A DNA stretch of 64,000 nucleotides, from the NCBI GenBank assembly GCA_009103225.1, contig RHPI01000773.1, forward strand, positions 1 through 64,000. The letters run 5' to 3'. Shown here in pieces: positions 24,844 through 36,058 of this stretch. The stretch comes from Chlorokybus atmophyticus (Eukaryota; Plantae; Mesostigma and Chlorokybus algae). Positions within the stretch are counted from its first letter, which is position 1, and each line of letters opens with the position of its first letter. The position numbers and the translations under genes were made by a program. Below the pieces are notes generated by a model. It made no database searches. It was not told the origin of the DNA and saw only the letters and a list, made by a program, of their open reading frames with translations.

Positions 24844-25868
24844 GGCTGCAACATCTCCTCCTCCACCATGTTCACGCGTCCACCGCTGCGAGCGTTGCGG
24901 GCATGTGCAGCAGACTTTGCCTTATAGATAGGGCAGTTGGAGCGCACGTGATCAGCAGAAGAGCACTCCCAGCACTTCCGAACAGCCTTGGCAGCCTCCC
25001 GACCCTTTGGGGCCTTCATAGCAACATGGAGCGCACCCAATTCCATTGGAGTTGGTCCCAAGCCAGCCCCCTGAGTTGCTGCAGCTCCCGAACCAGCCCC
25101 AACAGATGCGTATGAGCGATACGAACCTCCACGGAAGTGATTGTAATGTCCACGATCAGTGTTTTTGGCAGCCCCCTTGAAGTACAACACGTCCGTGCGC
25201 TCAGCAATGCGAATGGCCTCCGCGAGAGTCTTGGCGTCACGAAGCTCAACTTCCTTGCGACAAAGAGTCTTCAACCCGCGCGTGTAGCGGTCCAGCTGCT
25301 CCTCCTCAGTCATGTTCGGTACAGAGAGCACAAGACGCTGAAACGCAGAGGTATAGGCCATCACGGACTGCGTTTGCACAAGCGTAGAGAGCTGGTCGCG
25401 TGCCGTCTTCACACTCTCCACCGGTACGAACTGTTTCTTCACCTCAGCAGCCAGCTCAGCCACGGTAGTGAAAGGAACCTCAAGACCAGCTTCCACACGA
25501 GCACAACGATGACGCCACCACACAAGTGCAGCTCCCTCAAAGAAAGTAGCAGCCACATCGACACGGAGATGTATAGGTACCTCGGTGAGCTTTAACCATG
25601 TCGAAACGGCAAACACCCATTCCTCCACACAGTCACCGTCCCTCTGACCCTTGAATGGCTTTGGTTTTGGTAGCTTCACATGACGAGAGGCTGATGGGGC
25701 AACCACAGGAGCTGTAACGGGCGTGGACGCGCGCGCTTGCGCCATGGCTTGTTGAAATTGTGCCGCTTGAGCTTGGGCAGATGCTTGGACACGTTGCAGC
25801 TCCTCATGAGCAGCTACCAGCACTTGCTGAAGCTCCACAACACGTGCATCATCCATGGTAGCGTCCAT
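24822..25868 (-). CDS. gag: Gypsy Gag with zinc knuckle
   Basis: 348-aa ORF, retrotransposon gag motifs, GPTPMELG, CWECSSADHVRSNC. Confidence 0.95.
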   Translation of the reverse strand: MDATMDDARVVELQQVLVAAHEELQRVQASAQAQAAQFQQAMAQARASTPVTAPVVAPSASRHVKLPKPKPFKGQRDGDCVEEWVFAVSTWLKLTEVPIHLRVDVAATFFEGAALVWWRHRCARVEAGLEVPFTTVAELAAEVKKQFVPVESVKTARDQLSTLVQTQSVMAYTSAFQRLVLSVPNMTEEEQLDRYTRGLKTLCRKEVELRDAKTLAEAIRIAERTDVLYFKGAAKNTDRGHYNHFRGGSYRSYASVGAGSGAAATQGAGLGPTPMELGALHVAMKAPKGREAAKAVRKCWECSSADHVRSNCPIYKAKSAAHARNARSGGRVNMVEEEMLQPGNGSPQ

Positions 25869-26596
25869 AAACAGAAAAATACCTCACACACCAAAGAGAT
25901 AGTTAATATCCCCTTAAAACAAGAAACCCAACCCCTCCAAGGGCTCCGATACCACTGTAACGATGCTCGTGCTCACATACACAGCACACAAGTCATACAA
26001 CACATGTGTGCAGCTGAGCACAATCTTCACACCGGAACCTTGCCTTCACTCGCGCACGCACGCACGCGTCGAGCGCGCCCACGCACACGAACACTACTAC
26101 TTCTCACGCCAAGCAAGAACGCAGCAGTGTGCCTTGGACCACAACTCCCTCAAGCATGCACCAGCATACTCACAGCAGAGAGCAGAAAACAAAGTTGGTT
26201 GCATTACACAGGGTTTTCTATTTATATAAGCACTAGGAAGAAATAGCCTAATTAACAGGCATTTCATTATTCACTACCACATCTAAAGGCAGGTCCAAGT
26301 GCAGGCTCCCCGCCACGCGCGTTGGGCCTTCGACGGCTGTGTGACTGTGCAGTCCGCGTCACCTGGCACTGCACAGCGCGTGTCCAGTCAGCGGCTGTGT
26401 CACAACCGCGTGGCAGGTGGGTCACGTCGCCGAATTAGCTGCTGTCGAGCAGGTCGCAGGCGAGTCGCGCGCGGCAGCAGGGGCAGGCGCCACATGGGCT
26501 TAATAAAGCTCATAAAAGCCCTCATCAAGCCAGCAAAAAAGGCAAAATAAGTACTTTATGTACAATAAAATACAAAAAATGCCCCAGGCTGTTACA

Positions 26597-27230
26597 CCAC
26601 CCTCATTGCGACGGCGGCGGTGCGTTGCAAGGGTGTCCAATATGCCGACAGTCATTGATGTGGTCTGGGAATGCTCAATGTTGCCGACTTGCATAGCGTA
26701 CGTTCCACGTCCGCAGCGTGGTAGTTGGCATGGCTGCGCATTGCTCTCTCTCGGCGCAGGACATTGTGCATAGCTGTTGTTGCCTCTCATATCTTGATCT
26801 TGTCGGCGGTTAGGTGCCTGCGGCGAGAGACTGGGACGCAAGTATGGCATATACCGCATGGGTTGCCCATTCCATTTGAAGGCAGAGCACTGACAGGCAT
26901 TGCAGGTGCACTCTGATATGAAGAACTTTCATTTTTGCAGCGATAAATGGCTCTGCAGTCAAGGATGTGTTGCCCCGCGGCGTGGTGGTGCCAACATGCT
27001 GCGGTGAAGCCGAATCGCTGGTGGTAAGCCTGGCATTGGGATTGGTGTCGGGATAGACGAGAACGCTGACCGTTGCTAACGATGTATGCATGGCAGACGG
27101 TGCATGTGAGTGTTGGCGCCATTGGAGGATGGGACCACACAGTGCACGGTCTAGAATTGAACAGCGTCCTTGCGACATCAGGCGGTGAGCCGCCTCTCCG
27201 ATTGCTGAACCATAATAAATCGAGGTACAT
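26597..27230 (-). pseudogene. 5-prime part of cargo gene: Cys/His zinc-finger-like region
   Basis: MAPTLTCTVCH..RLSRHQSQC (ATG 27122) and PCGICH..RRRHL. The frame continues through two TGA codons to the Gypsy edge and joins the Tudor exon if a 5-bp TSD is removed. Confidence 0.55.
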
Positions 27231-27281
27231 CCTTATTTTGTGAGTCCAACGTATCGGTCCATCACATGCTTTCAGACGCAG

Positions 27282-30200
27282 TCAAATGCCATCCTTGTCC
27301 ATGTTGGTGAGGTCTTCCACGTCGCTGTCGCTGTCGCTGTCATCAGAGTCGTCAAAGTCCCAGTCTATGTCCACATCCACATGTGCAAAAACTGGTGCGG
27401 CAGTCATTGGCATGGCACTTGCGCATGGTGCAGCGTCTTGTGCACCGGATGGCTCCCGGGGGCTGTGGTTGTCACAGCCCGAACAGCTACAGCTGTCGGT
27501 GCATGCTTGTCCTGCTTTCCTTGCATTTGCAATTTTTGCTGATGCATCCGCTAGTCTTGCAACCACAGCCTTTCATCAGCATCCGCCTCCTGCTCTTGGA
27601 AATGCATGTTCTCCGGGAGATCTTGAACTGCAGTCCACACACCGTCCACTTCCTCAAAACCATACTCAGCCAGGTCAGGGAGGTGCATTTCCGCCTCACA
27701 GCTTTGCATCCACATTTGCACGGCATATACCGCACGCAATGCATGCAGCCATAGCGCATCCACTGTGGGCATCGTTTCCCTTGGTGTTGCAGCTTCTTCC
27801 ACACTGTTTTGTGGATGGCTTCCAACCAGTTGCCCAAGTATACCTTATTACTTGTTGTGGCGTCAGGTCCATGGAGCTCGTAGAATAAGGATGCTGGCGT
27901 GCCGCTGTCAAATGTCAAATGAACTGGGATACTTCTCGTAATATATACAGCCCAGCAGGCGCAGCACTGCAAAGCACATCTCATGCGCCACATTTACTTA
28001 TGTCGCCAGTAATGAAGTTGGCGTGCTGAGCCATGACAGTCCGCCATATGAACTGCTTGGAGATCCCAACAATGAATGAAGTGTAGTCGCTGCCCGTGGC
28101 AGCATATACAAGCAGCAGCCACCATCCCCTGCGGCCAACGCGCATGCTGGCGACTTGATGCATGCAGCTGACATGTTCCCGCAAGGTGTTTGAGTTGATG
28201 AATGGTGGACGAGTGGACCCACAGGAGTGCTGGGCCACCTGCACACATACCTCCTTCAGAGACGTATCCCAGCTCTCAGTCACCGCCACACCGATCATCG
28301 TAACATCCGTATCCGGTGACTATATGAGGATGTTGTTGTCGGGTGCGCAGTGGGCATGCACCCACTGCGCAGGAGTCTGCCTCGCCATGGTTGCAGCTAT
28401 AATCTGCCACAAAGTAGACAGATACTTGGTTGTCGTTGTTGCGTGCAACAACTTTTGCGAGGTCATCAAACTCAGTACTGTCAGCACCTTCAGCGAAAAT
28501 AGCCTCCTGGTCTGTCCGCAAATGATCCTGAAGCATGGCTAGCATGTGCTCCGTAATAAGTTCACATAGTGAACGCTTGAGATTGCGGGCCTTTAACACA
28601 TCACGCCATGATCGCAGCAGCTCTGTATCCAGAGTCAGCCTGCCTCCTGACGAGGAAGCCACGCCGTCGCGCGAGCGCTGCAATGACGACTTGACGCCAC
28701 TCTGCAGCCAAGGAGTATCGAACACCACATGGACGCTGCGCACAGCTAAGTTGGCCAAATGGCTGAGGACCGAGGTACGCATGAGCTGCACTATGTAATC
28801 CTTGATTGTTCCTTCTGTCATGTGGCATTCCTTATTTATTGGAAACATGCCCTCTAGGATGACGCAGTCAACCCCTGGTGGAGAAGTCCGGCTCCAGCAC
28901 GGTGCATCGAGTGATGCAACTTCCGACAGGAAGTTGGACTTGTCTGCGGACCACATCTTGCTTGTCAACTCTTCAAAGAGAGCTTTAGGGTGTTCACAAA
29001 ATTTGGCTATGACTGCAGATTTGTCAGCGCCGATTGCTGCTAGACGCTTGGCCACCAGCATTTTCTGTCGATACTGTTTGAGCACTGTCGCTTGATTAGT
29101 AATGCGTTGCTTTGCTGGCGCCATTGTCTTCAAGTTGAATCGCCAACTAACTTTGTACAGAGCTTTGGGCTTCTCTGCAAATCTCAACTTCCACAAAGGA
29201 CTTCATTGACTCACTACCGACTTAATAGTGGCGATCAGCCGAAGCAGCTGGCGTTGCAGGCGCCCCTGAGGTAAAGTGAATCAGCTGTAATTGGTGAGGG
29301 CGGGCCAACGCTTGAGTGTTCAGAAAAAGGTTTGCCATGTGCTGCAGATCGCTGCCGTACCTTGTCGCATCCTTGGCGAGGCTGCGCAGTACCCTCTCGT
29401 GGTCATCGTCAGCGTCATCGTCTAACTCGTTGTTGAGCAATGTGTTGCTCAGCAGCATCTGCTTCTGCAGCTGCTTGTGCGATTGGCTACGCTCGCCCAA
29501 ATACATTGATATATGTCGCAGCTGTTCCTGTGTAGGGCGGCAAATTGACATCTTCATATCTCTGTTGACCATGGACTCGTGAGCTTTGTTGAGTGCCACC
29601 ATGCGACCGGCAGCACCAGTGAGACTAAGTGCAAAGCCACCAGATGCCAGCATCTTGTGCAAGTCCCGAGGCATGACCTGCAAGTCCCCCAGATGCAGAG
29701 TCATAACCTATGGATAACGGTAGCGGTCCCACGCAAATGGCAGAGGACCAAGCCCCTTTTATGTGGCCATTCGCATGTGGCATATCTTCTGGCGCACAGA
29801 GCAAAAGACGCCGAGATAATTGAGCATGTCGCGATTGACGAAGTTCCACCACAACTGCCAAGTGTGGTCAGTCATTGCCTGTTATGCAAACCCATTGCGG
29901 AAGAATGTGGCAGACTTGCACGACATCACCCCATGCTCTTCTTGGTCAGCGCGACACGTGCTGAGCACTTCTTCGCTCGCACTCACCACCTACAGTTTGT
30001 ACATATGTCTGTACAGGGCCTCCCACACCTTGCACAGAAAGTTATGTGTCTTTTTCCGGTGTGAGCCATCCGCCAGATGGTTGCGCGCAGTAGATGCTGT
30101 AAATGCGGCTTCCAGTGACATCGCATCAAGTCCAGCGTCCCCTGCCATCTTCACGAGCACTGGCTGCATGTTCATGAGGACATGGAAATCTCCCGGCAAG

Positions 30201-33200
30201 AGCGTAACCCAATCTCCGTATCCCGGCCCTGCCTTCTTGAGGGAATGCATCGACAAAAATGTATACTGGTCACCGGTCTCACATATCTTGCTGCTGTCAT
30301 CAATAATGCCCACCTTGTCACGCAGGTGGAGCAATGCGTGCTTGAGATTATCAATGTTGTGGGGCAAAATGGCAGGACTGGCAGGTTTTTTATGTCATTG
30401 GCCACTACTGTTGTCTCTCCAGTGGATATCTGCAAGTAATGAGCCTAATCCTCCTTCAGCGTGGGCAGCGCAGCTGGGTCCTCCCTGGTCATCCGCCATA
30501 GCACAGTGTTATGCATTATGCTCTAAAAAGACTCCAATGCGGACGTCTCTTCAGGTTTTGGGTGGAGTATGGGGTCGCTCCGAATAACACTCGGCGCACG
30601 CGATAACGGAGCCTGTTTCAACATTGGGTCCGCCGTTGGTTGTTGAACCATCGATTCTGCCAGAGTTCTGTTCTTCAATGGCTGCCATGGTAGCAAGCAC
30701 AGCGTCAGCAAAACATGCAGAAGACTACAGTGCTTGTGACACAGGTGATCTAGATAGTAATTGTCAATCTCTCACCTGCAGAATTAGCGGTGGGAGTGCA
30801 ACACGTCCCACTGTGGATGTGAGTTGAGTTGAGGTTGCGTGGATGTCTCCTCCCTGCCTGCCCTTGTAGCGTGCCTGGTGTCCTGCCCTAATGTCAAGGT
30901 TGTCTATGGACGGCAAGACGTGCATGCCTGGCTTGTGACGAATACGACTGACGAAATTGAGATTGTGCAGTGCACGAGTATGGATGTGTCGGTCAATATG
31001 ACTGCGACTAACAGACCCCCCCAGACGGTTGAGTGTTTGAATCAGCTTATTGCCTTGCAAGTGCATGTCCACCTCATCAGTGACCACCAAGTGTAATGGC
31101 GAGTATGCGAACTTGCTACGCGCATACAACGCTGTGTGCATAAGGAACAGTGTCTTATTACGGAGTATGGTGAGCGTTGATGCATGTCTCCGTCCAGGTG
31201 TTCTCAGTCGCTCCAAAGCATTGTATCAATTCAGGGCCCCGAAGACTGTGCGCAGCTGCTCGCCCGAGGCATCCCACTCCTCCTTCCAGTCCACTGAACT
31301 CAGGTCAGGGTCCGACTTGTTGCGCTCAACCTGACGTTGCCGTTCATTCTTCATGAGCCGTGAGAGCGTACGCAGCACGCCATCTGGCAAAGTGTCCGCA
31401 TCAGGTACACTGGTGCCCGCATGCGTGGCCTGTGCACTGACAGGCACCTCGGTAACGCGTGTGCCATGACGCAGGAGGCATGACAGTGGGTCCGCTTAGG
31501 CGCCGATCATTAGAGTGCCCTGCTGCATGCCACCAGTCTCAACGACCACTGCACCTGGCAAGCGTTGATGAACAGCTCGCAACAGATAGCGCGCCGGCGT
31601 AATGCTGTACTTGGCAGCAATTGCCGTGAGGAAATTAACAGCATCTCTCTGCAAAAGTTGCTGCGCAACTTCCCGAACGGCACATGCCAACGGCTCCACG
31701 CAATCCTCAGTCGCCACACTAGTCACTTCTGCTTCAAAGAGCTGCCGCACCTCTTCAGCAACACGCGCATCGTGCTGTGTTTGTCGCACTGATGTGCTAG
31801 TGCATATTGTCTCCCTTACGCCGGCAATGACATCTTCCAACTCCACCAGCTTACTGCGGTACCCTTCCAGGTCCCTCTCAGCCTTGAGCCTGTGACGCCT
31901 TTCCCCGTTACCGACTTCTGCCTCCTCGCGCACCCTTGTCTCCAACACCTAAAGGGACACTGTCAGCAGAGTGCCCAATCGACCCAAGGACCGCCAGGTG
32001 CAACCACACATCGGTACAAGCAACACCTCAGCATGTTGTTGCAACTCATCTAACTCGTCCTCCTGTTGGCGTGCGCGTGCAGACTCCTCACACCGCCGCT
32101 GCTCCTCCAAAAGGTGACGGGCGATCTTGCTATGTGCTACCTGACACGACCATCCACAGCATGAGAGTGCAGTCCTACACCATAGAGACACCCCAGGTGG
32201 AGAGACTGCAGGAGGAGTCTTCATTCAGTGCTCACCTCACACTTTTTGCGCAATTGCTGAACCGCTTGCCTGGCGTCCAGCAATGCTTGGGACTGGCCTA
32301 TGCGTCCCACCAATCCCAGATCACGCATAGCCGCTCGCAACCCTTCAATCTCCACAGCTTGCTTGTCTGGCTCCTTGGACGCTTGGCTCAGCTGCGTTGT
32401 CAGCCTTTATACTTGCAGCCTGAGACACTGCGTGCCAACATACAACACAGACATGACACACTGAGCACACCCACGAACGGGGTGTTAGTAGTAGTAGGTA
32501 GATTAGGTAGAGTAGCCCGGTGGTGAACTACGTGGCAGTGTGAAATGTGAGTGGTATGATTGTGGGATGGTGATGGTCGTTGTGCATGAGCATATGCCAC
32601 GCGCATTGTATGTACATGCAGCATCCTGGCAACACCGTGATAGATGCTAGTGCATTTGGCCATGACCACAAACATGGACAGTGTATTGACCACTGCATTC
32701 CTCCAACCAATGCACAACTTATGCAACAGCATGATCGATGCTGCGATTGACTTGCCTACTCAAATCATGCAGTGTGTTGCACATATCCTCGCAGTATCAC
32801 ATAGCCATGCATCATGTACCTCCAATTGGCTGAACACACTTGTCTGCCTGTACGCCTTGTCTGCATGCACTCTTGCAGTCCCCATTGTATCTGAATGCAC
32901 AAGACCATGCGCATCAAAGCCGACACAGCCACCACAGGCTCTTCTTATTTGGTGTATTATTGCACATCATAGCACGCTAGCAGCGACCACTACCAGTCTT
33001 ACAGCCTTATCAGCACTACCACTGGCTAAGGTCTATTGTGCCAAGAAACCACTTCAACTCAACTGCCAAACCGCCCACCTGGCAGTGTCCCAAGTGGTGT
33101 CCTGGGCATCCTTGGCACGTTCTTAGCAGCAGCCACCATCCGCGACAGAGTTGGATGAATCCGCACACTTTTGCCATTACGGTCCACACGCGTGTTCGCG

Positions 33201-33824
33201 GACAATTGCTGATGCAATGCATGCGCAGATGGCACCTGCTGCTGCAGACTATGCTGATGCGACTTCTGCCTCTTGCGCAGCTGAGAAGAGCCCGGCGGAG
33301 TGTTCTCTTGAATCTCGAGAGTTTCATCCTCGGAGCCTGACTGTTCCAAGTCTTCTTCCTACAAGCACACAAGTATCAGCATGATCATGCATATACAATA
33401 AGCCTGCATGCACACACAGCGTCTGCACACCCTACCTGATCATAACCAGCTGGAGACAATGCAGCAAGTTGATCAGCCTCCTGCACATGCCATGTAATCA
33501 ACCACCTACACAAAGCACGCAGCCAGTTTCATAGCATATACCTACACTGACCCACTCACCTTCACCAGCACCAGGTCATCGCCCTCCCATCTTCAGGTCT
33601 TATTACACGTCAGCGCATACAAGAAGACACTAGTAGGGTTCAAACGGATCCTCGACAAACCACACTCTTCCTTCAAACTAGTTGACATTATATTTGTCTT
33701 CATCCCGCCGGCGCTTGGCATAATCACGCTGGTTATCATTGCGTAAAGTCCTCGCTACCTCTATAGCCTCCAACTTCCAACATTGCTCCTCATAAAGCAG
33801 TGCTACAGAGCCCTCATCCGCCAT
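27282..33824 (-). pseudogene. Academ transposase-XPG/FEN1-like nuclease-CXC (Cys-rich) gene, decayed
   Basis: SIDNLD, TGDQYT, LPGDFHVLMN, SLTG..G..VALNKAHE..NRD; XPG-like HVVFD, HGEAD, SPDTDV, TGSDYTS..GISK; C-terminal GCGCKTSGCISKNCKC / CTDSCSCSGCDN. Many stops and frameshifts; start approximate. Confidence 0.8.
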
Positions 33825-34595
33825 CACCGCCACCGCCGCCGCCGCCGCCACCGCCGTCACCACACAAACAACGACACTACATTCGTCCTGCATCAACACA
33901 CCCACCCCAATCCCCAAGTTTTAATTCAAACTCAACACCGTTGACAAACACCGATATACGCTGCCGATCAGCAATGTTGACGACCAACATTTCACGCGTA
34001 TCGATATCAGCAAGCGTGAGCGACATAGCCAATAAACGAAAATTGTCACCGCTCAATTGTGTCGAGACTGAGAACACTGCTGATTGACTACCGTTTTCGG
34101 TCGTCGACAGAGCTTGCAATACGCCGACAAACACAGGTGATCCTTGAACGAACACGCCTGCCGATCAGCCGCGATCATGGCAATACTACGTATCGAGAAG
34201 ACATCGCAGCCGTCCAGTTGCTGCAATCTGCCATACCATGAGGTCTCTGGCGTCGAGACTGCTATGTCCAGGGCGGACCGCCACGTGAGCAGATATGGAT
34301 GACAGCATGCGCTGGGGCCAGATGATGAGCTAGGGTTTGCTGGCGGCGGTGGCGGCGGGGAGGGTTGTCTCGTCATCGTCCGCAGGGGGACCATACGTCA
34401 CGCGCCACACTCCCTGCAGAGACTTCTCGAGGCCTCCGCCGCGACGCCCGGTAAGGCACAGGAGGCTTCTACAGCATACTGCGTGTGGGTACATTGACCA
34501 CATACACAATGTCACAGTGCAATTACGGTGTTTGGCAGCTGTCCTGGTGTGTCTGAGCTCCTTTGAGCTTGAGGAGGCACGCACAGCGCACTACA

Positions 34596-36058
34596 ATGCA
34601 TCGCAGAGGGTTCGGCCACCCCTGGCACGACCTGGAGATAGGTGCGTTTCGATTTGACTCTGACAATGCGGAAGTGTTCTGCTTTGCTCAATTGACAAAA
34701 ATGTGCATTTTTAATGCATGCCCTTGAACATGGGGCGTGTGTCTTACCCGACTCCGTTTGTGTACAGGCCCTCAAGCTCCAAAGGTGTTCAATGCCGTGA
34801 TTGAGATTGCAAAGGGTAGCAAAGTGAAGTACGAGCTGGATAAGAAAACCGGTATGAGTTGCAGGGTTGCACTGCACAATAGCACTAGTGTCTAAACCCG
34901 AAACTGACTGTTGTGTTCATGCACACAGGTATGATGAAGGTGAGATGAGAGCAATGCCACAGCTTGATTCGTCCCACGCATGCAATGGACTTCTGTGATA
35001 AACACATACACCCCCCCATGCGTGTGTACTTGTGCAAGTACTAGTAAGCCAAGGCAATGCATGCTGTTCATCTAGCATTGAAGTTAACTGCACTCTACAA
35101 CTCACAAACCAAGAACACATGCAGTTCATGTGCCGCATGCATTGAGTGCGGAAACGTGTTTTAAACTATTTACCGAACGTTGATTAATTATGAGATTGTT
35201 ATGTCTTGTCTTGCTCAGGTTGACAGGGTGCTGTACTCCTCAGTTGTGTACCCGCACAACTACGGCTTTATTCCCCGCACACTCGGCGAAGGTGAGAGCC
35301 GTTCATTGCGTTGGCTGTGTTGGCTGTGAGCGACTCCATTAGCTACAGCTGTTATGCTTTGCAGATAACGATCCGCTGGACGTGTTGGTCCTTATGCAGG
35401 TGCGCCTTTGCTTGCAATGTCGTGGACTTGTGACTCTCGGCAACAGGATTGTGTCGCGTGGTGCACGCATGCGCATCACCTCAAGTTGACTTGTCAACAC
35501 ACCACACGATATGCTGGGTCCAGATGCATTGTTGACCCGTGTGCATTCTGAGAGTGTTTGCATCTGGTGTCAGGAACCAGTGTTGCCAAACAGCTTCCTG
35601 AGGGCAAAGGCCATCGGCGTGATGCCTATGATCGATCAAGGCGAGAAGGACGATAAGATCATTGCGGTTGCCGCCGATGATCCCGAGTTCCAAGCCTTTG
35701 ATGACGTCTCGCAGCTGCCCCCGCACAGGTTGAAGGAGATCAAGCAGTTCTTTGAGGATTACAAGAAGAACGAGAACAAGGTCAGAAGGGTACCGAGAGT
35801 ACTCGGAAGTTCTTGTTTAGGTTATGCACATTATTGCAAATGCACTTGCTGTTTGCTTGTATTTGCCACTGTTAGCGAATGTTGAGTTTGGCGCACACGG
35901 CGTTGTGACAACTCTTGTGACAACAACAACAAAGCGATATGTACTCATTGCAGGAAGTGGTGGTGGAAAGCTTCAGTGGAGCTGGTGAAGCCCTTGTTGT
36001 GATAAAAAACTCCATGGACATGTACGGTCAATACATTGTCAAGGCCTTGCAGGCATAG
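34596..36058 (+). CDS. PPA: Soluble inorganic pyrophosphatase (family I), 7 coding exons
   Basis: Exons 34596-34641, 34768-34851, 34929-34939, 35219-35291, 35365-35399, 35574-35780, 35954-36058. Motifs [45 protein letters not shown]. Confidence 0.95.

Larger units (their letters stand above)
20478..26596 (-). mobile_element. Apparently intact chromoviral Ty3/Gypsy LTR retrotransposon
   Basis: LTRs 20478-21119 and 25956-26596 (TG..CA, about 6 differences by eye), PBS TGGTATCGGAGCC at 25954-25942 (tRNA-iMet type), PPT next to 21120, open gag and pol. Confidence 0.97.
15370..34261 (-). mobile_element. Academ (AcademX)-like DNA transposon, about 12.8 kb without the nested Gypsy, carrying cargo genes
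   Basis: Perfect 20-bp TIRs CAGTCTCGACGCCAGAGACC (15370-15389; reverse complement at 34242-34261), 4-bp TSD CTAT on both sides, internal transposase-XPG-CXC gene. Confidence 0.85.
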
